Position numbers and translations under genes: made by a program | In this document: piece by piece, positions 28,690-38,014 of the stretch | How positions within the stretch are numbered: the first letter of the stretch is position 1 | Layout: every line of letters starts with the position of its first letter | The notes under the pieces: model-generated | The model's input: only the letters and a program-made list of their open reading frames with translations | The model's database searches: none | Told to the model about the DNA's origin: nothing | Source of the DNA: an uncultured Candidatus Actinomarina sp. | GTDB lineage: Bacteria; Actinomycetota; Acidimicrobiia; Actinomarinales; Actinomarinaceae | Reading direction: 5' to 3' | NCBI GenBank assembly: GCA_902578135.1 | Contig: CACHBU010000004.1 | Span: 8,120 to 72,119 of the forward strand | Length of the DNA: 64,000 nt

Positions 28690-29386
28690 ATTAATTGGAA
28701 TCTCAACTGGAATAAAAGATGTTCAAATGGCACCTGGAAATATTCCATGTGTTGTAATAAACAATGATTTTATAAACTTATGTAACAAATTTGGGAATAC
28801 TGCAATAGTTATTGGTCCACAAAATGATAATCTTGAAATTGATGCTTCAAAATTTGATGCTTTGATAATTTCTGGCGGTGGAGATATAAACCCAGAAAGG
28901 TATAACCAAAAAATTGATTCTAAAACAATTCGAATATCAGACAATAGAGATTTTACTGAATTGAATCTACTCAAATCTGCAGAAGAAAACAATGTTAAAA
29001 CTCTTGCAATATGTAGAGGACATCAATTATTGAATGTTTATAAAAACGGTACTTTATATCAAGATCTTAATGATTCAGGCTTTAAAGAAATTGAGCACGA
29101 TAAACCATTCGAAGATGCTCGATCTCACATTCATGATATTGAAGTTTATGAAGAATCAAAACTATTTGAAATAATTAAAGAAAAAAACATAATGGTAAAT
29201 TCTATACATCATCAAGGTATTGATAAATTAGGTGAAGATTTAAAAATAACTGCAAAATCAAATGATGGTGTGATTGAAGGAATTGAAACTACTAATGAAT
29301 GGAATGCTATTGGTATTCAATGGCATCCTGAAAATATGGTAAAAGATAAATATAGTAATTTAATTTTTGACTGGTTAAACAGTTAG
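28682..29386 (+). CDS. class I glutamine amidotransferase, gamma-glutamyl-GABA hydrolase (peptidase C26) family
   Basis: Nucleophile elbow LAICRGHQLLNV, plus HHQ and IQWHPE. The start is set to ATG 28682, overlapping the upstream stop. Confidence 0.82.
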   Translation: MNKLIGISTGIKDVQMAPGNIPCVVINNDFINLCNKFGNTAIVIGPQNDNLEIDASKFDALIISGGGDINPERYNQKIDSKTIRISDNRDFTELNLLKSAEENNVKTLAICRGHQLLNVYKNGTLYQDLNDSGFKEIEHDKPFEDARSHIHDIEVYEESKLFEIIKEKNIMVNSIHHQGIDKLGEDLKITAKSNDGVIEGIETTNEWNAIGIQWHPENMVKDKYSNLIFDWLNS

Positions 29387-29857
29387 GTTGTCATTAATTA
29401 AAATAAGTTGATTATTCTGATATGAAAAAAACTTATCATTATAAGGAATTGGAAAATCAGTTAAATTAGAAACTTCGCAAAATGTAAAGTTTTGAGAAAA
29501 ATTAAACCCAAGTAAAACTAAATCTGATTTACCTAAGTTTTTATTTATAAAAAAACCAGGCCAAGGTAATTTACTATCATTTAGAAAATCATTTTTATAT
29601 TTATCTGAAATAGAGACAACCTTATCCCTTAATCTCTCAATTGACTCAATAGTATCAAAATATTTAAATTTAATTAGATTTCTATCTTTTAAGTGGGTTT
29701 TAAAATTCTCAACTATTAATTCTTCATTACCAACTTGCATTGATATATTGCTTAAGTCAAACCTTCTAAAAAAATTGTCTATGTTTATATATTGAAATCC
29801 CCTAAGTGAGTGAGGTTTACCTAATTTAGCAACTTGATATAAAGTATTATTAGTCAA
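29375..29857 (-). CDS. rimM: 16S rRNA processing protein RimM
   Basis: 160 aa with N-terminal VAKLGKPHSLRGF. Sits downstream of rpsP and the KH protein. Confidence 0.8.
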   Translation of the reverse strand: MTNNTLYQVAKLGKPHSLRGFQYINIDNFFRRFDLSNISMQVGNEELIVENFKTHLKDRNLIKFKYFDTIESIERLRDKVVSISDKYKNDFLNDSKLPWPGFFINKNLGKSDLVLLGFNFSQNFTFCEVSNLTDFPIPYNDKFFSYQNNQLILINDNLTV

Positions 29858-30101
29858 TAAATTCTACGCTAGATTGAAGACCCTCTTCATCTGCTGCTGC
29901 TTGAGCTACTGTACGAATCGCTCTAGCAACTCTTCCTCTTTTACCAATAACTCTTCCCATATCATCTGGAGAAGTTCTAACTTCAATTGTTACATTTTCA
30001 TCATCTGAATCTGCAATGTCGACCTTCACAGACTTTGTGTCCTCCACAATTTGCGTAACAATATATTCAACTACGTTTTTTACAATTGAACCTGCGGCCA
30101 T
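29850..30101 (-). CDS. KH-domain RNA-binding protein (UPF0109/YlqC type)
   Basis: 83 aa containing GRVIGKRGRVARAIRTV. Conserved position between rpsP and rimM. Confidence 0.88.
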   Translation of the reverse strand: MAAGSIVKNVVEYIVTQIVEDTKSVKVDIADSDDENVTIEVRTSPDDMGRVIGKRGRVARAIRTVAQAAADEEGLQSSVEFID

Positions 30102-30104
30102 AAA

Positions 30105-30497
30105 TTATTCCTCTTCTGTATCTTCTGAAGATTCTTCAGAAGTTTCTTCTTGAGTAGCTTCTTCTTTCTTTTTATTTGCCTTTGAACTGCTTTTAACTTT
30201 TTCTGCAGGAGCAGTAGGAATAGAAACAACTTCTCCCTTTGATGATCTCCACTGAGCCCATGCGCCAGAAATTTCTAATAATTTTTGTGCACGCTCTGAT
30301 GGCTGAGCTCCCTTGTCTAACCATGACACAGCTTTATCAACATTAATTTCGACTTTTGAAGGGTTATGATGTGGATCATAGTAACCCAAGTCCTCAATAA
30401 ACTTTCCATCTCTTGGTGAGCGAGAATCGGCAACAACTACTCTGTATGTTCTATTCTTTTTCTTACCTCTTTGTGCAAGTCTTATCTTTACAGGCAT
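30105..30497 (-). CDS. rpsP: 30S ribosomal protein S16 with Lys/Glu-rich tail
   Basis: Starts MPVKIRLAQRGKKKNRTYRVVVADSRSPRDG. Confidence 0.96.
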   Translation of the reverse strand: MPVKIRLAQRGKKKNRTYRVVVADSRSPRDGKFIEDLGYYDPHHNPSKVEINVDKAVSWLDKGAQPSERAQKLLEISGAWAQWRSSKGEVVSIPTAPAEKVKSSSKANKKKEEATQEETSEESSEDTEEE

Positions 30498-30624
30498 TAG
30501 TTTCCTTTTTTAAATAGCAATACATTATATTACATTAAGTAGAGCATAAAATGTACTTTTATTAGATTAACTTCTTATCAAAAATAACTAGAAAAGATTT
30601 AATGTTTTGCTAACCTAATTTTTA

Positions 30625-31245
30625 ATGCAAGTAATTGAATTATCTCATCCACTTAAAAGTCACTATTTAACAATACTCAGAAACGAAAATACCAATAGTG
30701 AAGAATTTAGAGCATACGCAACCAAGCTTTCATATTTACTTTTTATTGAAGGTACTAAAAATATTTCATTAAAAGAAAAAAATATAACTACACCATTAGT
30801 AGATACTAAGGGTTATGAAGTAGAAAACGACAGTGTTGCTATTTCCGTACTAAGAGCTGGACTAGGTTTAATGGATGGAGTTAAAGAGCTTTTACCAAAT
30901 GTATCATTTGGGTATATTGGTGTTCAAAGAAATGAAGAAACTGCAGAACCTGAATATTATTATGAAAATTTACCTGATTTAAATAACAAAAACATTTTTA
31001 TATTAGAACCTATGCTTGCTACTGGAGGTTCTCTATCTTTTGCCATTGATAAAGTAAAGGAACAAAAACCAAAAGAAATTATTGCTCTAACTGTTATTTC
31101 TGCCCCTGAGGGTATTGAACGGTTAAAAAAAGAGCATCCAGATATTACATTGATAACAGGTAATATAGACGAAAAACTTAACGAAATTTGGTATATAGTT
31201 CCAGGCCTTGGAGATATGGGAGATAGGCTTTTTGGTACAACTTAA
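30625..31245 (+). CDS. upp: uracil phosphoribosyltransferase
   Basis: 206 aa with PRPP loop LEPMLATGGS and C-terminal YIVPGLGDMGDRLFGT. Confidence 0.94.
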   Translation: MQVIELSHPLKSHYLTILRNENTNSEEFRAYATKLSYLLFIEGTKNISLKEKNITTPLVDTKGYEVENDSVAISVLRAGLGLMDGVKELLPNVSFGYIGVQRNEETAEPEYYYENLPDLNNKNIFILEPMLATGGSLSFAIDKVKEQKPKEIIALTVISAPEGIERLKKEHPDITLITGNIDEKLNEIWYIVPGLGDMGDRLFGTT

Positions 31246-32396
31246 TGAAAAGATGTTTTCTTGTCGTTATTGATTCTTTAGGTGTTGGTGAAGCACCTGA
31301 TGCGGATAAATATGGTGATTTAGGAACAAATACTCTTTCAAATGTTGCGAATGCTGTAGGTGGTGTCAATTTACCAACTATGGAAAAGTTAGGTTTTGGA
31401 AAAATTACTGAAGTAAAAAATATGGATACTAACCATATTGCTACTGTTGGCAGACTTTCAGAAAAATCAATTGGAAATGATTCTACTACTGGACATTGGG
31501 AACTCGCAGGTTTAATAACTGAACAAGATTTTCCAACTTATCCTGAAGGATTCCCTCAGGAGTTAATTCACTCAATTCAAAAAGAAGCAAATATTGAATT
31601 CATAGGCAACAAACATGCATCAGGTACTGAAATATTAAAAGAATTGGGAAGAGAGCATCTATCATCGGGAAAATTAATTTTATATACTTCTGGAGATTCA
31701 GTTTTTCAAATTGCCGCTCACGAAAATGTTTGTTCTGTTGAGGAACTTTACAAAATATGCGAGATTTCAAGAAAATATTGTGATGAATACAATATTGGAC
31801 GAGTAATAGCGAGACCATTTATTGGAGAATATGACAATTTTGTTAGAACTTATGATAGAAAAGATTTTGGCATGAATCCCCCAGGGGAAACAATTTTAAG
31901 TTATTTATATAAAAATAATCTATCTACATATGGAATAGGTAAGATTAGCGATTTATTTGGAGAAATGTTTTTGACAACTGCTATACATACTGAGGGTGAC
32001 TCAAATGGACTTGAATACCTACATAATGAAGCCAAAAATGGTAACCATGATTTTATTTTTGTTAATTTAGTTGATTTAGATATGCTGTATGGCCACAGAG
32101 AAGATCCACATGGATATTATGAAGGATTAAAACTTATTGATAGGAAAATTCAAGGAATACTAGATGTCATGAGTGAAAACGACCTAATAATTTTTACAGG
32201 TGATCATGGTACAGATCCAACAGATGGTAAAACAGACCATTCAAGAGAATATGTGCCGATGGTTGCTTATAAAAAAAATGGTAAAGCAGAATATATTGGT
32301 GATCTTGAAGGTTTTTATAATGTAGCTTCAACAATCTGTGACTTTTTTGAGTTAAATAATATATTTCCAGGTAAAAGCTTTTTAAATCAAATTTAA
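31245..32396 (+). CDS. deoB: phosphopentomutase
   Basis: 383 aa containing VIDSLGVGEAPDADKYGDLGTNTL and GDHGTDPT. Confidence 0.94.
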   Translation: MKRCFLVVIDSLGVGEAPDADKYGDLGTNTLSNVANAVGGVNLPTMEKLGFGKITEVKNMDTNHIATVGRLSEKSIGNDSTTGHWELAGLITEQDFPTYPEGFPQELIHSIQKEANIEFIGNKHASGTEILKELGREHLSSGKLILYTSGDSVFQIAAHENVCSVEELYKICEISRKYCDEYNIGRVIARPFIGEYDNFVRTYDRKDFGMNPPGETILSYLYKNNLSTYGIGKISDLFGEMFLTTAIHTEGDSNGLEYLHNEAKNGNHDFIFVNLVDLDMLYGHREDPHGYYEGLKLIDRKIQGILDVMSENDLIIFTGDHGTDPTDGKTDHSREYVPMVAYKKNGKAEYIGDLEGFYNVASTICDFFELNNIFPGKSFLNQI

Positions 32397-32415
32397 CTTA
32401 TTAACCTAATATCAA

Positions 32416-33243
32416 ATGATCGAAAAAATAACAGAGTCTAAAGCCTTTATCTCAGAAATTATTGAAGGAAAAACTATAGAATCTGTAATTGTGTTAGGAT
32501 CTGGTATGAGTGGTTTTGAAGAGAACTACAAACCCTTATATCAATTAAATTATTCTGAAATACCCAATTTTTTACAACCTTCTATCGAAGGTCATTCTGG
32601 GAAATTAAGTATTGTAAATATTGAGGGAAAAATAACTGCAATTCTGTCTGGTCGTGCTCATTTTTATGAAGGTTACCCTATTCAAGAATTAGTTATCCCA
32701 ATAAGAACATTTATAATGCTAGGTGCAAAAACTCTAATACTTACAAATGCCGCTGGAGGGATTTCTTCAGAGTATATCCCTGGTGATATTGTTGCGATTA
32801 CTGACCATATTAATTTAACTGGTGATAATCCATTAATTGGTAAAAACTTAGAAGAATTTGGACCAAGATTTCCAGATATGTCTGAAGTGTACAATTCTGA
32901 ATTGTTGACGTTAGCAGAAAAAGTAGCGAAAAATCATTTTGAGTTTAAAACTGGTGTATATGCCTGGTTTACTGGTCCTTCTTATGAAACACCTGCAGAG
33001 GTAAATTTTGCTAAAAATATAGGAGCTGATCTTGTTGGAATGTCAACAGTTCCTGAAGCAATTGTAGCCAAGCATGCAGGTATAAAAACTGTAGCTTTTT
33101 CATTAGTTACTAATTTAGCCGCTGGAATAAGCGAGAATCCATTAGATCATAATGAAGTAATTGAAATTGCTGAGAAATCTAAAGTAAAACTTCAAAACTT
33201 TATGAAAGAATTTTTGTCTGAAATAAATATCGGTAATAATTAA
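32416..33243 (+). CDS. punA: purine nucleoside phosphorylase (trimeric PNP-I type)
   Basis: 275 aa containing GRAHFYEG, TNAAGG and GMSTVPE. Confidence 0.9.
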   Translation: MIEKITESKAFISEIIEGKTIESVIVLGSGMSGFEENYKPLYQLNYSEIPNFLQPSIEGHSGKLSIVNIEGKITAILSGRAHFYEGYPIQELVIPIRTFIMLGAKTLILTNAAGGISSEYIPGDIVAITDHINLTGDNPLIGKNLEEFGPRFPDMSEVYNSELLTLAEKVAKNHFEFKTGVYAWFTGPSYETPAEVNFAKNIGADLVGMSTVPEAIVAKHAGIKTVAFSLVTNLAAGISENPLDHNEVIEIAEKSKVKLQNFMKEFLSEINIGNN

Positions 33244-33263
33244 TTCTAATTAATATAAAATCT

Positions 33264-34013
33264 ATGAACATCACTGTATGCGCTAAACAGATTCCGGATC
33301 CAGCAAACGAAACATCATATGACAATGGGATAATCGTCAGGCCTGAAGAACAAGTTTTAGACGATACTGACAGGTATGGTATTGAAATAGCACTTCAATT
33401 AAAAGAAAAGTTTGATGCTGAAGTTACGATTATTTCTATGGGTCCCGCAGGAACTATGAAAGGCTTACAACAAGCATTACAGATGGGTGCAGATAAAGCA
33501 TTATATGTAGATGATGACTCTTTAAAAGGCGCTAATTCTTTAATGACAGCTAATGTTTTAAGTGAACTCGCAAAAACAACCAACGCAGATATTGTTATTT
33601 TTGGTACCGAATCTACTGATGGTTATTCAGGAACGGTACCACAACAAGTTTCAAGATTTTTGAACTTAGATTGTATATCTTATGTTAAAGCTATAGAAAT
33701 TAGTGACGATGTATCACTTACTAGGCAAACATCAGAGGGTTCCGAAAAAGTAAAAATGCCACAAAATTGTGTTATATCAGTAACTGCTGGAGGTGTAGAA
33801 CCTAGATATCCGAATTTTAAAGATATTATGGCTGCAAAGTCAAAACCAATAGAAAAAGTCGAATTAAGCACGCTAAACATCACAACAGATCAAAACTTAG
33901 AATTTATCAGCATTGAAGCACTTGAAAATTCAAAAAATGGCGAAAAAATTATTGATGAAGGAGAAGCTTTCCAAGTTATTGTAGACAAACTTAAGGAACT
34001 TAAAGTTATATGA
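33264..34013 (+). CDS. etfB: electron transfer flavoprotein beta subunit
   Basis: 249 aa starting MNITVCAKQIPD with an ETF-beta pattern. Coupled to etfA. Confidence 0.92.
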   Translation: MNITVCAKQIPDPANETSYDNGIIVRPEEQVLDDTDRYGIEIALQLKEKFDAEVTIISMGPAGTMKGLQQALQMGADKALYVDDDSLKGANSLMTANVLSELAKTTNADIVIFGTESTDGYSGTVPQQVSRFLNLDCISYVKAIEISDDVSLTRQTSEGSEKVKMPQNCVISVTAGGVEPRYPNFKDIMAAKSKPIEKVELSTLNITTDQNLEFISIEALENSKNGEKIIDEGEAFQVIVDKLKELKVI

Positions 34014-34927
34014 GAACATTAATATTAGGTGAAATTTTAAATGGAACGCTTAGCAGTGGAACATTAGAGATAATTAAAAAAGCACAAGATGAAAGTCTCG
34101 ATTATCAAGTTGTAACAATAGGAAGTGACGATGACCCAACAATTGGTTCTGAATCTTTTAAACAAACCTATATCAAAAGAAGCAGTGAATCTTTACAATT
34201 CAGTAAAGTTACAGATTTGATTACAAAAATTGTGAATGATGAAGGTATTAACCTGATCTTAGGGTCATCCACATATCTTTGTAGAGATCTGATTTCTTTT
34301 ATCTCTGTAGACTTAAATTCAAGTCCTGTATCAAATGTTATTGATTTTGAAATTAATGGAGATGCGGTTTCAACAATCAATTCCATAAATGGCGGTGAAA
34401 GTTTATATAAATCAAAGATTGCATCTAATCATTCGCTTTTATTAGTAAGACCGAAATCTTTTGAACCCGCTGATGTTGTATTAAATAATAATTTTGAAAC
34501 TATTGAAGTTGAAAATTCTGACGTTGCTATTTTTGACATTTATAAAGAAGAAAAAACTGGACCACAATTGGAAGATTCAAAAGTGGTGATTTCAGCTGGA
34601 AGAGGAATGGTAGATAAAGAAAATTTAGTTATTGTTGAAGAATTAGCAGCAAAATTGAACGCAGCTATTGGCGGAACTAGAGCAATTGTAGATGCAGGAT
34701 GGATGCCATATTCTCAGCAGGTAGGTCAAACAGGTAAAACAGTGAAACCAGATGTTTATATTGCCTGTGGAATATCTGGAGCTACGCAACACCAGGTTGG
34801 CATGAAAGATTCAAAATTCATTATTGCAATTAATAAAGATGAAGAGGCACCAATATTTCAATTAGCTGATTTAGGTATTGTTGGCGATACTTTAAGTGTT
34901 ATTCCAAAAATTAATCAAAATCTTTAA
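34010..34927 (+). CDS. etfA: electron transfer flavoprotein alpha subunit
   Basis: 305 aa with a C-terminal FAD block VGQTGKTVKPDVYIACGISGATQHQVGM. Confidence 0.92.
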   Translation: MRTLILGEILNGTLSSGTLEIIKKAQDESLDYQVVTIGSDDDPTIGSESFKQTYIKRSSESLQFSKVTDLITKIVNDEGINLILGSSTYLCRDLISFISVDLNSSPVSNVIDFEINGDAVSTINSINGGESLYKSKIASNHSLLLVRPKSFEPADVVLNNNFETIEVENSDVAIFDIYKEEKTGPQLEDSKVVISAGRGMVDKENLVIVEELAAKLNAAIGGTRAIVDAGWMPYSQQVGQTGKTVKPDVYIACGISGATQHQVGMKDSKFIIAINKDEEAPIFQLADLGIVGDTLSVIPKINQNL

Positions 34928-35307
34928 AATTTAAAATTATAAGGAAGTATTTCGTCAAAGGTATATTCTTTGTAACCGTCTTTCTCAACAACAATCACTT
35001 TCTTTGTATCAAATTCAGCTAATCTCTGACGAGAAATTCCACATGGAAATATTGCAGTGTCTGATTCAGCATCAATACATGCAACCGCAATTGTGTCAAT
35101 ACTCTTTTCACCTTCTGATATAGCCTTAACAACTGCAACATCTTCCGCACAAATTGTTGCTGGATATGATGCGTTTTCAATATTGCAACCAGTATATATG
35201 TTTCCAGAATCAGTAATCAGCGCTGCACCAACTCTAAAATTTGAATATGGTGCATATGCTTTTTCTGCAATATTTCTAGCTAAATCAGCTAAGTCGCTAT
35301 TTTTCAT
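34924..35307 (-). CDS. cdd: cytidine deaminase (tetrameric type) with an atypical zinc motif
   Basis: 127 aa. CAE is present, but the second motif reads PCGISRQ instead of PCGxCRQ. Confidence 0.85.
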   Translation of the reverse strand: MKNSDLADLARNIAEKAYAPYSNFRVGAALITDSGNIYTGCNIENASYPATICAEDVAVVKAISEGEKSIDTIAVACIDAESDTAIFPCGISRQRLAEFDTKKVIVVEKDGYKEYTFDEILPYNFKF

Positions 35308-37948
35308 TAGTACCTATTAAACTTTCAAAATCTTCTTTTGTCTTTGTGAACACTCTAGATCCAGAACCTGGCTCCATAGTTACACCATATAACACATCTC
35401 CAGCATGCATGGTTTGTTGTTGATGTGTAACAATTATGTATTGTGCATCTTCTTTTATTTTATCGAGCAAATTAATCATTCTATGAAGATTTGCATCATC
35501 AAGAGCTGCTTCAACTTCATCTAAAATATAAAATGGACTCGGGAAAGATTTAAATATTGAAAATAGAAATGCAATTGCAGCCAATGATCTCTCTCCACCA
35601 GATAATAATGAAAGTTTTTTGACTTTCTTGCCTCTTGGTTGTACTGATATCTCTATGCCAGTCTCTAAAATATTTGTTTTATCAGTGAAGGAAAGTGATC
35701 CTTTACCCCCTGGAAATAATGTTTCAAATATTTCAGAAAAATGTACAGATATAGAATTAAATGATGATTCTATTCTGAATTCTATTTCAGTTTCTACTTC
35801 TTTAATGTTTAACAACAACTCTTTTTTTGAAAGCTGTAAATCATCAATGGTAGACTGTATTTCTTCATATCTGAGATTTAAAGAATCAAAGTCTTCTTTT
35901 GCTAGGTAATTGACAGTACCTATCTCTTCTAACTTGTTTTCAAGAAGTTTAATTTCATTTTCTAATTCACTTTGATTTGCAGCAATAATTCCATATTGAT
36001 TAATTTGATCAATATTCAAACCATATATATTTACTAAATTAGAGTAATGATTGCTCTTAGAACTCTCCATTTCAGATTTTTTGATTGCTACATTAGTTAA
36101 CATATCTTTTGTATTGAAAAGCTCATTATTTAAATTTTCAATTTGTTCATCTATTCTTTCAATTTTCTTATTAGAATTTCCATATTTTTGGTCAAATTTT
36201 TCAGATTCTATTTCTAATTTATTAGAAGTTGAGTTTGTAAACTCTATAAAAGTTTTTGCAGAATTGATTATTTCAGATAATTGTGACTTATGCTGTAATC
36301 TATTAATTTCCTCAAGATTCTTTTTTACAATATTTAATTCAGTATTCTGGTTAGAAAGATTTTTTATTCTTTCTTGAGATGTAATAAGTTGATTGCTAAT
36401 AAGACTTATATCTTGTTCTAATTGTTTAAGTTTATTTTCTAATTCATCTTTTTGTCTGTTTATATCAGATTTAAATTCTTCTTTATGAAAAATATTTGAA
36501 AGGAGCTCTTCTTTCTTAAGAAGTTCGGAATTTAAATTTTCAGAATCAAAATAAATTTTGAGAATATTATTTTTATTAATGTCTAATTCTCTTTGTATTA
36601 TTTTTTTTGTATAAGCTGGAAATTCTTCAACTACATCTTTTGGAATTTGATACGATTCTAATTTTATGTTTAAATCATTTAGCAAAGATTCTGAAATTTG
36701 TAGATCTTCTTCCCACTTTGAAAATTCCTTTTCAAAAAGTTGTAAATCTTTATTTGTAATATCAATTGATTGTCTTATTTGTTTGATTTCACTTTCTAAA
36801 ACTGCTTCATTTACCTCTGTAGAAGCAGATAGTTTTTTTATAATCTCTTCAATTTGATACTTAATGTCTACACTTTGATTTTCTAAATTAATTAGCCTTT
36901 GCTTTTTATCCACCAACTGAGAGGTGAGCATTGATATTTGATTATTATTTTCATTTATTTTATTAATAGTTTTATTTAGTTCTTCGGAAGCTTTAATTTC
37001 TTCACGTTCTAAATTATCTTTTCTTTCATTTGCAACTTGAGCTAAAGACCTAAGTTGCTCAGATAGATTTATAAATTTTCCAGAGTAATCTTTAAATGTT
37101 GAACCTATTGAGTATCCATCACCAAGTTCATTATTTATCTGACCTTTTTGATCTTTTAATATTTTTAATTTTTTATCAATATCTGCTAAGTTTTGATCTA
37201 AGGAATTTTCTTCAATTACAAAACTTTTATATTTATCATCAAATTTTCTGAACATCATAACATTCAGTTCAATAACTTTACTCTTTAGGAGTTTTGTACT
37301 CTCTTCATGTATTTTTGCTTTTTCTGCTTGATCTTGCAGAGGTTTAAGTTGTTTTTTAATCTCACGAAGAACATCTTTTGCTCTCTTAATTTCTTTCTCT
37401 CCAGATTCAATTCTTGTTAATGATTTTTCTTTCTTAACTCTAAGTGGAAGAATTCCAGCTGCCTCTTCAATGGTTGTTCTGTGATCTTCAGGTTTAGAAT
37501 TCAAAATTTCAGCTATTTGCCCCTGGGATATAATGATATGTTGCTGCTTTCCAATCCCTACATCATTTAAAAATTCTTGAATATCTAATAAACGGCAATT
37601 TAATCCGTTCATAAAATATTCTGATGTACCATCCCTAAACAATTTTCTCCCAATAGATATTTCAGAATTTCCATTGAATAATTTTTCATCCACTTCAAAA
37701 TTCAAATAAACTTCTGCAAAACCTTTTTGAGACAACTTTTCAGTACCAGCAAATATAACATCTTCCATCTTATTAGTTCTTAAGGTTGCTGGACTTTGAG
37801 TACCTAATACCCAAGAAATTGCATCAACGACATTGGATTTACCAGAACCATTCGGTCCAACTATTACATTGACTTTATTTGAAAAGTCAACAGAAGTTTT
37901 TTCAAAGAATGACTTAAAGCCATTAATATCTAAAGATTTTAAATACAT
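35297..37948 (-). CDS. smc: SMC-family chromosome partition ATPase, short form without recognisable hinge
   Basis: N-terminal head GPNGSGKSN; C-terminal head LSGGERSLAAIAF and YILDEVEAALD. Sits at the conserved rnc-mutM-x-smc locus. Only 883 aa. Confidence 0.88.
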   Translation of the reverse strand: MYLKSLDINGFKSFFEKTSVDFSNKVNVIVGPNGSGKSNVVDAISWVLGTQSPATLRTNKMEDVIFAGTEKLSQKGFAEVYLNFEVDEKLFNGNSEISIGRKLFRDGTSEYFMNGLNCRLLDIQEFLNDVGIGKQQHIIISQGQIAEILNSKPEDHRTTIEEAAGILPLRVKKEKSLTRIESGEKEIKRAKDVLREIKKQLKPLQDQAEKAKIHEESTKLLKSKVIELNVMMFRKFDDKYKSFVIEENSLDQNLADIDKKLKILKDQKGQINNELGDGYSIGSTFKDYSGKFINLSEQLRSLAQVANERKDNLEREEIKASEELNKTINKINENNNQISMLTSQLVDKKQRLINLENQSVDIKYQIEEIIKKLSASTEVNEAVLESEIKQIRQSIDITNKDLQLFEKEFSKWEEDLQISESLLNDLNIKLESYQIPKDVVEEFPAYTKKIIQRELDINKNNILKIYFDSENLNSELLKKEELLSNIFHKEEFKSDINRQKDELENKLKQLEQDISLISNQLITSQERIKNLSNQNTELNIVKKNLEEINRLQHKSQLSEIINSAKTFIEFTNSTSNKLEIESEKFDQKYGNSNKKIERIDEQIENLNNELFNTKDMLTNVAIKKSEMESSKSNHYSNLVNIYGLNIDQINQYGIIAANQSELENEIKLLENKLEEIGTVNYLAKEDFDSLNLRYEEIQSTIDDLQLSKKELLLNIKEVETEIEFRIESSFNSISVHFSEIFETLFPGGKGSLSFTDKTNILETGIEISVQPRGKKVKKLSLLSGGERSLAAIAFLFSIFKSFPSPFYILDEVEAALDDANLHRMINLLDKIKEDAQYIIVTHQQQTMHAGDVLYGVTMEPGSGSRVFTKTKEDFESLIGTNEK

Positions 37949-38014
37949 TATTTACCCTGTTGTTAACTTAATAATAGTAAATAATAGAATAATTTGCTTT
38001 AAATTAAAAAAATT

